A DNA stretch of 63,755 nucleotides, the filler included, from Octopus bimaculoides (taxonomy: Eukaryota): the NCBI RefSeq assembly GCF_001194135.2. It is 9 parts of 8 records of this genome, joined end to end, with 100 filler letters (N's around TTAATTAATTAA, not from the genome) between each part and the next. Parts side by side here need not be neighbours in the genome. Positions count along the whole stretch, not along the records: positions 47,510 to 51,974 come from NC_068981.1; positions 52,075 to 54,624 come from NC_068987.1; positions 54,725 to 57,077 come from NC_069006.1; positions 57,178 to 63,755 come from NC_068985.1; 5 more parts are not named here. One strand, 5' to 3'. Numbering within the stretch: position 1 is the first letter of the stretch; every line of letters begins with the position of its first letter. Below are positions 48,256 to 58,749 of the stretch, one piece after another. A program made the position numbers and the translations under genes. A model generated the notes under the pieces. It was not told where the DNA came from. It saw only the letters and a list, made by a program, of their open reading frames with translations, and did not search any database.

Positions 48256-48311
48256 CCTGTTAAACTTAAGTACTAGTTTTATTTTCTTACTATTTATACA
48301 CCCTGGTACCC
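48256..48311 (-). CDS. Candidate upstream exon of the 36-40 kb gene
   Basis: tctttctttag acceptor and AGG|gtaagt donor. Phase 1 to 0, open frame VPGCINSKKIKLVLKFNR. Confidence 0.4.
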
Positions 48312-48419
48312 CTAAAGAAAGATTAACCCACCAATTATTTTTCTAGTTTATTTGCTAGTTTATTCATTTGCTCATCAAGCTTTACACTGCAAGATGGTAT
48401 GATTATAATATATTGAGCC

Positions 48420-48660
48420 TTCTTTCTTCATCTTGAGGCTCTGTTCTTTCCTCTTTTCTCTTCTCTTCTTTTATTTAACGTATTTGTATTCACTCTGATG
48501 AAGCTCCATGTACTAGATCGGATGTGCTATAAAAGAGGACGAATATTATTCTCATAATTTTCTTTTGCGGCACCGACTGACATTGGTAGCAGAAACGGCT
48601 GTAAGCGATCTTTGTACTAAAGTTTTGTACTAAAAATATAATAACCAATAGTAGTCAATT
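48420..48660 (+). mobile_element. Penelope-like terminal remnant with a hammerhead-like motif (48493-48606)
   Basis: ctCTGATGAagc...~85 nt...gcaGAAAcggctGTAag. Confidence 0.5.
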
Positions 48661-48911
48661 TGTTTTTTGACCAAAAGGTTTTTCTCCATTTTCTGTTTAT
48701 TTTAAATTTGATTCCTCATAAACTCTTGTTTATTCTTTTACTATGAGCATAGTATGCTTGCATATCCATGCCCAGGGTTAACATAGGTAATTTATACTGG
48801 TAATAATAACGGATATTCTTATCCCTTAGGATAAGAACTAGGCCATGCGTCTCCTCTCTCTCTCTCCCTCACACACATATACATAATACATACATACATA
48901 CATACATACAT

Positions 48912-49325
48912 AGGCGTGGGAGTGGCTGTGTGGTAAGTAGCTTGCTTACAAACCACATGGTTCCGGGTTCAGTCCCACTGCGTGGCACCTTGGGCAAGTG
49001 TCTTCTACTATAGCCTCGGGCCGACCAAAGCCTTGTGAGTGGATTTGGTAGACGGAAACTGAAAGAAGCCCGTCGTAGATATGTATATATATATGTATGT
49101 ATATGTATGCGTTTGTGTGTCTGTGTTTGTCCCCCAACATCACTTGACAACTGATGCTGGTGTGTTTACGTCCCCGTAACTTAGCGGTTCGGCAAAATAG
49201 ACCGATAGAATAAGTACTAGGCTTCCAAAGAATAAGTTCTGGGGTTGATTTGCTCGACTAAAGGCGGTGCTCCAGCATGGCCACAGTCAAATGACTGAAA
49301 CAAGTAAAAGAGTAAAGAGTAAAGA
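48912..49325 (+). mobile_element. SINE family A reference copy, full length
   Basis: tRNA-like head ggcgtgggagtggctgtgtggtaag...gggttcagtccc, internal TA/TG tract, (agagtaa)n tail. Confidence 0.95.
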
Positions 49326-49384
49326 GTATATATGTGTACACACATACACACATACACACACACACATATATATATAAGACAAGG

Positions 49385-49540
49385 GATTTCACACAGTATC
49401 CATTTAACAAGCCATTCGCAAGACATTAGTCGGCCTGGGGCTATAGCAGAAGACACTTGCCCAAGGTGCCACGCAGCGGAGTTGAACTTGAAACTGCGTG
49501 GCTGCAAAGCGAGCTTCTTAACCACGCAGTCATGCCCGCA
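49385..49540 (-). mobile_element. SINE family A, 5' half, inverted relative to 48912-49325
   Basis: gctatagcagaagacacttgcccaaggtgccacgcag...cttcttaaccacgcagtcatgcc. Confidence 0.88.
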
Positions 49541-49929
49541 TCTATCTGAAATCTTAAATCAAAATTCGCTTATGGTTTGTTAATGTTAAGTAGGATAACG
49601 TAATACATCGTAATGTTATGTTTGAACAATCATAATATTGTTGCCACGCAATTGGAGCGCAGAAAGGAGAATTTTTTCCATATTATGTCGAAACGACGAC
49701 GACGATGACGACGACGACGACGACGACGACAACAACAGAAAGTAATTGTATTAGAAAGTGACTGTAGTGTAAAGGAAGTTATTTGAACTAGTAGACACGA
49801 AAAACTAATGAAGATTAATAAAGAAAATTTAGGCAAATGCGATAAAGGAAAAGATAATCTTTCGATCGAATCGTTGGTTAAGTTGTGAGGAAGAACGGGA
49901 AAACATACAAAATGAAACAAACGTCTATA

Positions 49930-50791
49930 CAAGGTACATTTCAGAAGTTTTGAAACTTTTTCAGGGGAGACATTTATTAATTTCAAAGATCTCTGATACC
50001 CTTTAAAGTAGAATCCTCTTACGTCAATGTAGTTGCTGTAGTGCTCCAGCCCTTTTGTTAAGACGCCATGGAAGTTCTTCAAAGTAAAGATGTCCAGGAC
50101 TCTTGTCACAGCTTTCTCCATTCTCTCTTTCAGCTTGGAGAACAACAGAGGACAAGTTTTGGACTGTTTGGAGGGTAAGTAACAGTTTTTATGCCTACCT
50201 CTGTCAAAAAGTTGGTTACCCAGATGGAATTGCAGTCTGGTGCATTGCTCTGGTGCTGATGCTACCGACCCGAGTGGAAGAGCTCTGGCCTTTTGCGGAA
50301 AAACCTCTTCCTGAACTTTCTCAAAACCTTCACAAAGTACTCTTTGTTGACCATGTAGCCAGAGGGAGCCCAGTGGATGTAGATGATGCCCTTACTTGCG
50401 AAAAAGGGAATCATCATGAACTTACTGGTGGCATCTATGGCATGACCCCTTGTGCCAGCGAAAAACATGCTCGGTTCATACAAGCCAATGCATAAACAGT
50501 CAAGAGTATTTCATAAGTTCCTTATGTGTTTTTGCTCAGTTTAACAAAATGGCGAGGTTCTAAATTGTCTTCACGTCCCGACTGCATTCTGAAAACTAGT
50601 CTGCTGTGACAAGCAGTGTTTAGTAGGGTTTCTTCAAAAAGCTGTTGCAGTCGTCTCCTTCAGTCTGGAATAACAAATGTCGACAGTTCACCTTATAACA
50701 TATATAGTAATGATACAGCAAACTTATAAAAAATCAGGACAATTATAACCGTGTTTCTCAAAAAGTCTCAAAACTTCTGGAATGTCTTTCG
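49930..50791 (-). mobile_element. Internally deleted mariner element with both TIRs and TA TSDs
   Basis: TIRs caaggtacatttcagaagttttgaaactttt and aaaagtctcaaaacttctggaatgtctttcg. N-terminal MQSGRED..YEIL..MNRA..RWHK is fused to SKFMMIPFF..GIIYIHW..VNKEYFVKVLRKFRKRF..KRPELF..YPPNSP..G.YFKG. Confidence 0.9.
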
Positions 50792-50796
50792 TATTC

Positions 50797-51175
50797 TTTT
50801 ATTCTTTTATTTGTTTCAGAAATTTGTCTGCGGCCATACTGGAGCGCCGCCTTTAGTCGAATAAATTGCCCCCAAGACTTATTCTTTGTAAGCCTAGTAC
50901 TTATTCTATCGGTCTCTTTTGCCGAACCGCTAAGTTACGGGTACATAAACACACCAACATCGTTTGTGAAGCGATGATGTCGGGACAAATACACACACAC
51001 ATACACACACACATATACGATGAGCTTCTTTCAGTTTCCGTCTACCAAATCCACTCACACGTCTTTGGTCGGCTCGAGGCTATAGTAGAAGACACTTGCC
51101 CAAGGTGTCACGCAGTGGGACTGAACCCAGAACCATGTGATTAGGAAGCAAGCTACATACCACACAGCATACGCG
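50797..51175 (-). mobile_element. SINE family A, full length
   Basis: Colinear reverse complement of 48912-49325. Confidence 0.92.
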
Positions 51176-51242
51176 AGCTCTCTCAGATACAAGCATGCTT
51201 GATGACGCATACATATTGAAAGAAAGCATATACAGGGTGTTG

Positions 51243-51625
51243 TGGAGGAGCAGTGGGCCAGTGATTAGAGCAGCGGACTCGCGGTCGTAGGATCGTGGTT
51301 TCGATTCCAAAACCGGGGGTTGTGAATGTTTATTGAGCGAAAACGCCTAAAGTTCCACGAAGCTCCGGCAGCGGGTGGTGGCGGACCCTGCTGTACTCTT
51401 TCATCAGAACTTTCTCTCACTCTTTCTTCCTGTTTCTGTTGTACCTGTAATTCAAAGGGCCAGCCTTGTCACACACTGTGTCACGCTGAATCTCCCGGAG
51501 AACTACGTTAAGGGTACACGTGTCTGTGGAGTGCTCAGCCATTTGCACGTTAATTTCACGAGCAGGCTGTTTCCGTTGATCGGATCAACTGGAACCCTCG
51601 TCGTCGCAATCGACGGAGTGCCACG
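51243..51625 (+). mobile_element. SINE family B, full length, with a 13-bp imperfect TSD
   Basis: tRNA-Arg-like head. Flanks atacagggtgttg (51230-51242) and atacaaggtattg (51626-51638). Confidence 0.93.
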
Positions 51626-51711
51626 ATACAAGGTATTGCAAAGGTAGGTTTTACAGCTATGAAAAAAGGAAAACACGTATAATACTCGTATATTTTTATA
51701 AAAAAAAATTG

Positions 51712-51803
51712 AGTTATGATAAAAGTATAATCATAGTTATGATAAAAGTATTATCATAGTTATGATAAAAGTATTATCATAGTTATGATAAATGTATTTT
51801 CAT
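51712..51803. repeat. 23-bp minisatellite x4
   Basis: Unit agttatgataaaagtattatcat. Confidence 0.9.
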
Positions 51804-52373
51804 GATTATTATGATTATTATGACACAGAAAATATCAAAGGTATTAGTGAGCCTCATACTCACTAATTTAATGTGCTAATAATTTTAATGAATTAAATAT
51901 TACAACATTGCTGGGATACTTACTGTATACCTACGTTTGCTCCCACCGTGCATATATATATATATATATATATANNNNNNNNNNNNNNNNNNNNNNNNNN
52001 NNNNNNNNNNNNNNNNNNTTAATTAATTAANNNNNNNNNNNNNNNNNNNNNNNNNNNNNNNNNNNNNNNNNNNNATGTATACACACACACATATATATAT
52101 ACACATACATATATATATATGTAAAAAAAGATATATATGCATATATATGTATATATATGAACGCACATATTTTTTACATAGATAGCTATATCTGGTTATC
52201 TTTCTAACGGCCTACCTCTCTCTCCCTCGGTTCCATCTCTCTCTATCTGTATGCTCACAAACACACGTTCACACACACACGCACACAAACACACGCACAC
52301 ATCCACACGCATCTTTTTTTTTATCTAGCTGTACATTTGACTATCAGATGCGTTCCCTACAATCAACTGATAC

Positions 52374-52514
52374 GTTGACAAGGTGTGTGATAAGCTGAAA
52401 TATTTGGGCAGTTTTTTCCTAAGAACTTCACAAGCGCATCACCATTTCTGCTTTGCCTAAAGTATCCGTCTTTCAAGTGACAGGAGACGAGATCAGACTT
52501 CAAATTGTGAAGAG
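52374..52514 (-). CDS. Candidate upstream exon of the 36-40 kb gene
   Basis: gtgtttctttcag acceptor and C|gtatca donor (weak). 141 nt, phase 1 to 1. Translates to LHNLKSDLVSCHLKDGYFRQSRNGDALVKFLGKNCPNISAYHTPCQ. Confidence 0.35.
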
Positions 52515-53732
52515 CTGAAAGAAACACTGCACGGTATTCCATCTGACTCCCTAGCAATTTTGACACTTCACCGTATAAATTTATAGCAGTGTATGATATG
52601 CATGCTTGTATGTATATGTATATATATGCACATATATTTGTATTTATGGAGGAATATATGGACGTATATTTATGTGTGTATGTATGTACATTGACATATA
52701 GACATATATGCTTGTGTGTATGTGTACACGCACATATACACACGAATATGTGAATAAAGGAAAATAGCCCGTAACACATTTAGTTAGAATTATAAGTATG
52801 CAATAACGAGCAGCCTTTACAATGATTAAATTTAATAAACATTGCTAATTTCATTTCTGCTCCGCGTACTTAAGGAAAAAGGAAGGAATCCCATACTTTG
52901 ACGTACGTATGGAAAGCTACCACGGTGCCGAGGTCGCTGACTTTATGTATTCTTACTCTGGTTCTTAAAAAGAACGTACACAACGTCACAGCACATAAAT
53001 ACACGCATGTATTTATCTGTGTATGATCGAATAAATACACGTATATGTTCATCTATGTATGGTCGCATATCGATAAAATATGCATGTCAGTCCGTCTTAA
53101 TACCAATAAAATTGCGTTAGCGTACATGGATAATTTGAATATAAACCGGCCAAATTTTCATACATCGATCGAAAGCAAAGCATAATCATGCCAATATCTC
53201 AGCATATTCCAAGGATTGCATATATACATGTATGAATATGACATATTGCCGAAGACATCTATGGAGATAATAACACAGACAAATATGAATAAAAATATGT
53301 TAAAAAATATTAACTATTTTGTGGGACTATATTATCATTTAAAATATTCACTATATATGTCGTATGCATGCATGCAGGCATTTATGTACGTATGTATACA
53401 TGTATGATTACAGGTACGTACATATGTATGTATGCATGTATGTACGTATATATGTATGCACGTATGTATGTATGCGGATAGAACGAATTTTTTCAATTAT
53501 CATATGCAAAAATGTCGAACTTTTCTTTTTTGGATATTCCATTTCTGGTCGTCTACTTTATTATATACCATTTACATAGGAATAGCGCTGTCCATAGAAT
53601 GGGCAAAGATATTAGATATATTTTCTTTCCTGTTTTCGATCAATGAATCGAGATTTAGCTTATATATATGTTTTCTGTATACAAGCACAGACAAATCCAG
53701 TAATATAGGCATGTAAATGCATAAGCATCAGT

Positions 53733-53790
<58 letters not shown>

Positions 53791-53986
53791 ATACGTATAT
53801 ATACATATACATATATATACATATATATATACATATATCATCCTTTCAGACCGTCTCCGATGAAGGGATATAACAAATATTCTGGAAACAGCTGTAAGAC
53901 CTTCTATTTATAAATGTTCTATATTATACACAGCCTTGATTTTTTTTATCTCATTACGAAAAGTAAATCCTTATATATATATATAT

Positions 53987-54041
<55 letters not shown>

Positions 54042-54045
54042 AAGG

Positions 54046-54530
54046 TTTAAGGACGGCGTAAGGACTACTATGATGTCACTTGGAATAGATTCAGAGGACA
54101 TAGATACCCTTGCTTCGAATCGAGTTGGATGGTGAACAAAAGTGTGGAGTTAGTGAAAGCGTTTGAAGAGGCCGGGTTAAGCCATGCAAGACTCAAAAGA
54201 AATTTATGGAAGAATGTTACGATCAAGAAGGTGAATCTCAATGACCTTTTTGTGTGCACAGTTTGTGACAGAGCATGCCTTTCTTTTACTGGGCTCAAAT
54301 CTCATTTGCGAACCCATGGAAAATGGACCTCCACCAACTATTCTTCCAGTATATCTGTGCACACCTTTGAATGCAATGTATACCAGAAAGTTTGCAAATC
54401 TAACGGAGGCCTTAAAAGGCATTTGAAGATCCACAAAAATCAAAACTTATCTGCAGCTCTTGGTGCATATTATTTGGGTGTTCTTTCAGGACGTTGTCTA
54501 GTTTAAAAAGTCACATCAGATTCCATGATG
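54046..54530 (+). pseudogene. RTE LINE C-terminus with three C2H2-like zinc fingers
   Basis: FKDGVRTTM..LGID..LASNRVGW..FEE..RLKR, then CTVCDRACLSFTGLKSHLRTH, CNVYQKVCKSNGGLKRHLKIH, and (frameshifted) CILFGCSFRTLSSLKSHIRFH. Confidence 0.82.
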
Positions 54531-54919
54531 GTTCCAAGGTATAGGTAAAGGAGGTGGTCAAACTCTGTATACGGAGTAGACAACAACCACCACCATATAT
54601 ATTGATATATACTCATATGTATATNNNNNNNNNNNNNNNNNNNNNNNNNNNNNNNNNNNNNNNNNNNNTTAATTAATTAANNNNNNNNNNNNNNNNNNNN
54701 NNNNNNNNNNNNNNNNNNNNNNNNAAATTTAAAAATTTAATTTGAACTTTATTAAATTTAATTTTGAACTTTATTAAAAAGAGGAAGAACACCGATAGAG
54801 ACATCACTCCGAATATGGTAACAGTATTCCATATAAGGCGAATGGGGGGGGGGGTTGTAAGGATCAGAATATAATTAAGGGGGAAGATATTGATGCATAT
54901 ACTGCCACACAACTTTGAA

Positions 54920-55545
54920 ATCTTAGGCTGACATAGGTCTTCCACAAACGGCCGTTTCGTTACGGGTCAGAAATCTGGAGGGTCACAAAATCCATAATGA
55001 CTAAGTTACAGCCCTTCTGCAAACAATGTCTGCGCCACATCCTCAAGATCTGTTAGCTGGACAAAATTTCAAACGGAAGTCTGTGGAATAGAAATAAGCA
55101 AACTCACATCAGTCAAGAAATCCTGAAAAGTGATTACAGGTAAGTTCGGGGGCATCAATTCACCGCGAGCAAAGTTTACAGAGAAAATATATCCATAGTA
55201 TCTCACGATTAATTGTTAAAAAGCTATTTTATTGTCCCACCACCAACGGCGAATTGATGGCAGTGGACTTTCCCTGCGGTCATGCTGAAACGTTAATGGG
55301 ACTGTATCATTAATACTCTAAGGAAACCGCCAAGCAGTATTGCAAAAGAAGTATTGGACTGGCCCATCTGAAAGAAAGAGGAATGCTGGAAGGCCTAAGA
55401 ACACCTGGAACGAATGCGTGGATGATGAAGCGAAAGCAATCGGTCTCTCTTCGTCTGAAATCAAGGAAGTAATCCAAGACCACGTCCACTAGCATGAAAT
55501 AGCAGCAGATCTACGTTCCTTATGGAGTCATGTGGACTAGCTATG
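54920..55545 (+). pseudogene. RTE LINE 3' fragment interrupted by a ~170 bp insert
   Basis: YGSEIWRVTKSIMTKLQPFCKQCLRHILKIC*LDKISN, then after ~55130-55300 TLRKPPSSIAKEVLDW..GRPKNTWNEC. Confidence 0.85.
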
Positions 55546-55989
55546 ACGCAATACATTGCGATCGAAATCCTGGATCACGTAGTTTTATATAAAGAGAACT
55601 TATTAATCATGAATGATGGGCTTCAACGAGATTTGAACACACAAATTAAATACTTCAATGTAATTTAATTTAAACCATTTTCGATTGTACCAAGACTGGG
55701 TCGCCCCGCTTATCAATAAAACTACCTTATTCACTTTTTGGCGGTAATGAGCTGGCGGCATGTGGTTATATAAGAAGGGCAAACGGGCGATTAGAACGGG
55801 TTAAGGGTTCATATTGATATAAAAGAAATTGGGAATGGCAAGATGGGGGCGAGATTGTTAATAATTTGGGGATGAAAGATGGAAAAGATGTAAAGATATT
55901 CTGTGGGAGGATCCGGTGGTGATGTCATTGGCATTTCTGGTGGTGGTGGTGGTGGTTTAATTTTCGGATATATATACACGCACAGATAA

Positions 55990-57035
55990 ATACAGATATA
56001 TATCTATGCACACACACACACACACACACACACATACATATATATATGTATATATATATGTATATGTATATATATGTATGTATACGTATGCGTGTGTAGT
56101 ATATATGTGTGTGTGTGCGTGCGTGTGTATGTATGTGCGTGTATGAATATGTGTGTGTCTATGAATGTATATATATATATATATATNNNNNNNNNNNNNN
56201 NNNNNNNNNNNNNNNNNNNNNNNNNNNNNNNNNNNNNNNNNNNNNNNNNNNNNNNNNNNNNNNNNNNNNNNNNNNNNNNNNNNNNNNNNNNNNNNNNNNN
56301 NNNNNNNNNNNNNNNNNNNNNNNNNNNNNNNNNNNNNNNNNNNNNNNNNNNNNNNNNNNNNNNNNNNNNNNNNNNNNNNNNNNNNNNNNNNNNNNNNNNN
56401 NNNNNNNNNNNNNNNNNNNNNNNNNNNNNNNNNNNNNNNNNNNNNNNNNNNNNNNNNNNNNNNNNNNNNNNNNNNNNNNNNNNNNNNNNNNNNNNNNNNN
56501 NNNNNNNNNNATATGTATGTGTGTGTGTGTGTGTTATATAACTCCCGATTTATACGAAACAAACTTCAATAGACACTATTCACACGCATATACACATACT
56601 TATATATACACACATGTATACACACACACATACACACATAGACATTGATGTCGGAGTTGGGAGCTTCTGTGAAAGAAGTAACCCCCCTAATGAATCGGTG
56701 TAAGGCGTGGTGTACGATTACGAGTCAATTGAACAAATGATTAGATGAATGAAAGAATAAAAGAATGAAGGATTTAAAGAATAAGATGATGTTGATGGGT
56801 GACGGAACGCGGAATGCTGTACAAGTCGGACAGCTGAAGGAGCGGCGGGATGGCTTCGCAGTTTGTGTATGTATATATGCATGCATGCATGCATGCATGT
56901 ATGTATGTATGTATGCATGTATGTATGTATGTATGTATGTATGTATGCATGTGTGTATGTATAATTACATATGTATATATATATATATATATGTGTGTGT
57001 GTAATTATGTATACACACACAGACACATAAATATG

Positions 57036-57077
<42 letters not shown>
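55990..57077. repeat. Compound CA/TA/CATA microsatellites around a gap
   Basis: Direct tandem repeats with a short unique spacer at 56645-56870. Confidence 0.8.
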
Positions 57078-57189
57078 NNNNNNNNNNNNNNNNNNNNNNN
57101 NNNNNNNNNNNNNNNNNNNNNTTAATTAATTAANNNNNNNNNNNNNNNNNNNNNNNNNNNNNNNNNNNNNNNNNNNNGAGAGAGAGAGA

Positions 57190-57720
57190 GAGAGATATTA
57201 CTGTGTTCGATTTGTTCCGTTAATACTTTGAAAGTTTCAATAATAAAAACCTGTTTTATGTGTTCCGGAAGCACTTCAGGGTACTTTTCCCGCCACAATT
57301 TTATTACTTGTATTTCATCGTGATGAGGGATATTGGTTGTTGGCACTCCGTCGCTTACGATGTCGAGGGTTCCAGTTGATCCGATCAACGGAACAGCCTG
57401 CTCGTAAAATTAACGTGCAAGTGGCTGAGCACTCCACAGACGTACCTTTAACGTAGTTCTCGGGGAGATTCAGCGTTGCACAATGTGTCAAGGCTGACCC
57501 GTTGAATTACAGTCACAACAGAAACAGGAAGTAAGAGAGTGAGAGAAAGTTGTAGTGAAAGAGTACAGCAGGGTTCACCACCATCCCCTGCCGGAGCTTC
57601 GTGGAGCTTTAGATGTTCGAAACCGCGAACCTATGACCGCGAGTCCGTTGCCCTAACCACTGGGCCATTGCGACTCCACGGGATATTGGTATATAGACTA
57701 ATAACATCACACTGATCCGT
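57190..57720 (-). pseudogene. Penelope-like RT fragment split by a SINE
   Basis: Removing the SINE joins DVISLYTNIP to HHDEIQVIKLWREKYPEVLPEHIKQVFIIETFKVL, the PLE DVxSLYTNIP motif. Confidence 0.8.
57338..57679 (-). mobile_element. SINE family B with an 11-bp perfect TSD
   Basis: gggatattggt at 57327-57337 and 57680-57690. Confidence 0.95.
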
Positions 57721-58230
57721 TTCCCGTAGTACAGACCGATCCCTTTGAGTGAACACAAAGGGAGATGTGCAGGTAATATCCAACCAAACTTCACAGCGTT
57801 TCCTATCTAACAAAATTTATTTATCGAAAATTCCAACACACGCCTAAATACGAACGCGTAACCAACTTTAGTCTCAGTATGTATTTTAATTCATGACCAC
57901 ATACCCATCACTGTACATATTTCATCTCACTTCTTTAGATTCTGAGTTTTTGCATATTTATTTATCCCTTCCCTAAAATCAATTAGCAATTAATTACCTC
58001 CCCTGTCTTGGATATAATAATCACCAATTACATCCCCTTAGATTTTCCTACTTGTTGACTGATTCATTTACAAACTTCACCACACACGACACGGATTAAT
58101 ATCTTCTTAAGAATATACGAAATTACAAAAACTGCAATGTCATGATTCGTGAAAGCGAAGCCGATCGACAAACACAGTACTCTTTCACTTATAAAATATA
58201 TTAAAAGTATATTAAGACTATGTAAACTGT

Positions 58231-58749
58231 ATTTTATTTTGCATTTGGCTATATGTTTGTGAAAGTAGCGCTATATCATCTGCAAAGTCGAGATCGTCTA
58301 GAGCTTCTGCATCCGCCCATTTTGATGCCTGTTTGGCTTTCAGTCGTAGTTTCCTTCATAATCCAATCCATAACTAGTAGAAATAAAAAGGGAGAAAGTA
58401 TACAGCACTGCCGAACTCCTGTTTTTACTTCGAATTTATCCGTAGCTCTGTTTCCATGCAAGTTCCGATTAGGGAGCAAATATTTAAGAAAAAGTGGAAG
58501 TGGATTGGTAGCACAATTAGTAAAAACACACCAAATGCAGCGAAAAGTGCTTTACAGTGGAATCCGGTTGGATATAGAAACGGGGGTAGGCCTAAGAACT
58601 CGTGGCGTAGATCAACACAGAAGGAACTAGAGAAAAGGGAACATTCATGGCAGAGTACAGAAGCGAGAAATTATACGACATGGAATTCAATTATAAGTGG
58701 CCTATACTCAACGTTGGAGGGTTAGAGGCAAGGTATATATATATATATA
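58231..58749 (+). mobile_element. RTE LINE insertion with a 5' inversion and 12-bp TSD
   Basis: 58231-58460 minus strand: LHGNRATDKFEVKTGVRQCCILSPFLF..LDDLDFADDIALLSQ. 58458-58733 plus strand: QVPIREQIFKKKWKWIG..ALQWNP..GRPKNSWRR..LYSTLEG* then (TA)n. TSD tatgtaaactgt at 58219-58230 and 58750-58761. Confidence 0.9.

Noticed and set aside
58140-58200. Possible Helitron-like 3' end
   Set aside because: No convincing hairpin plus CTRR terminus and no second copy in the window.
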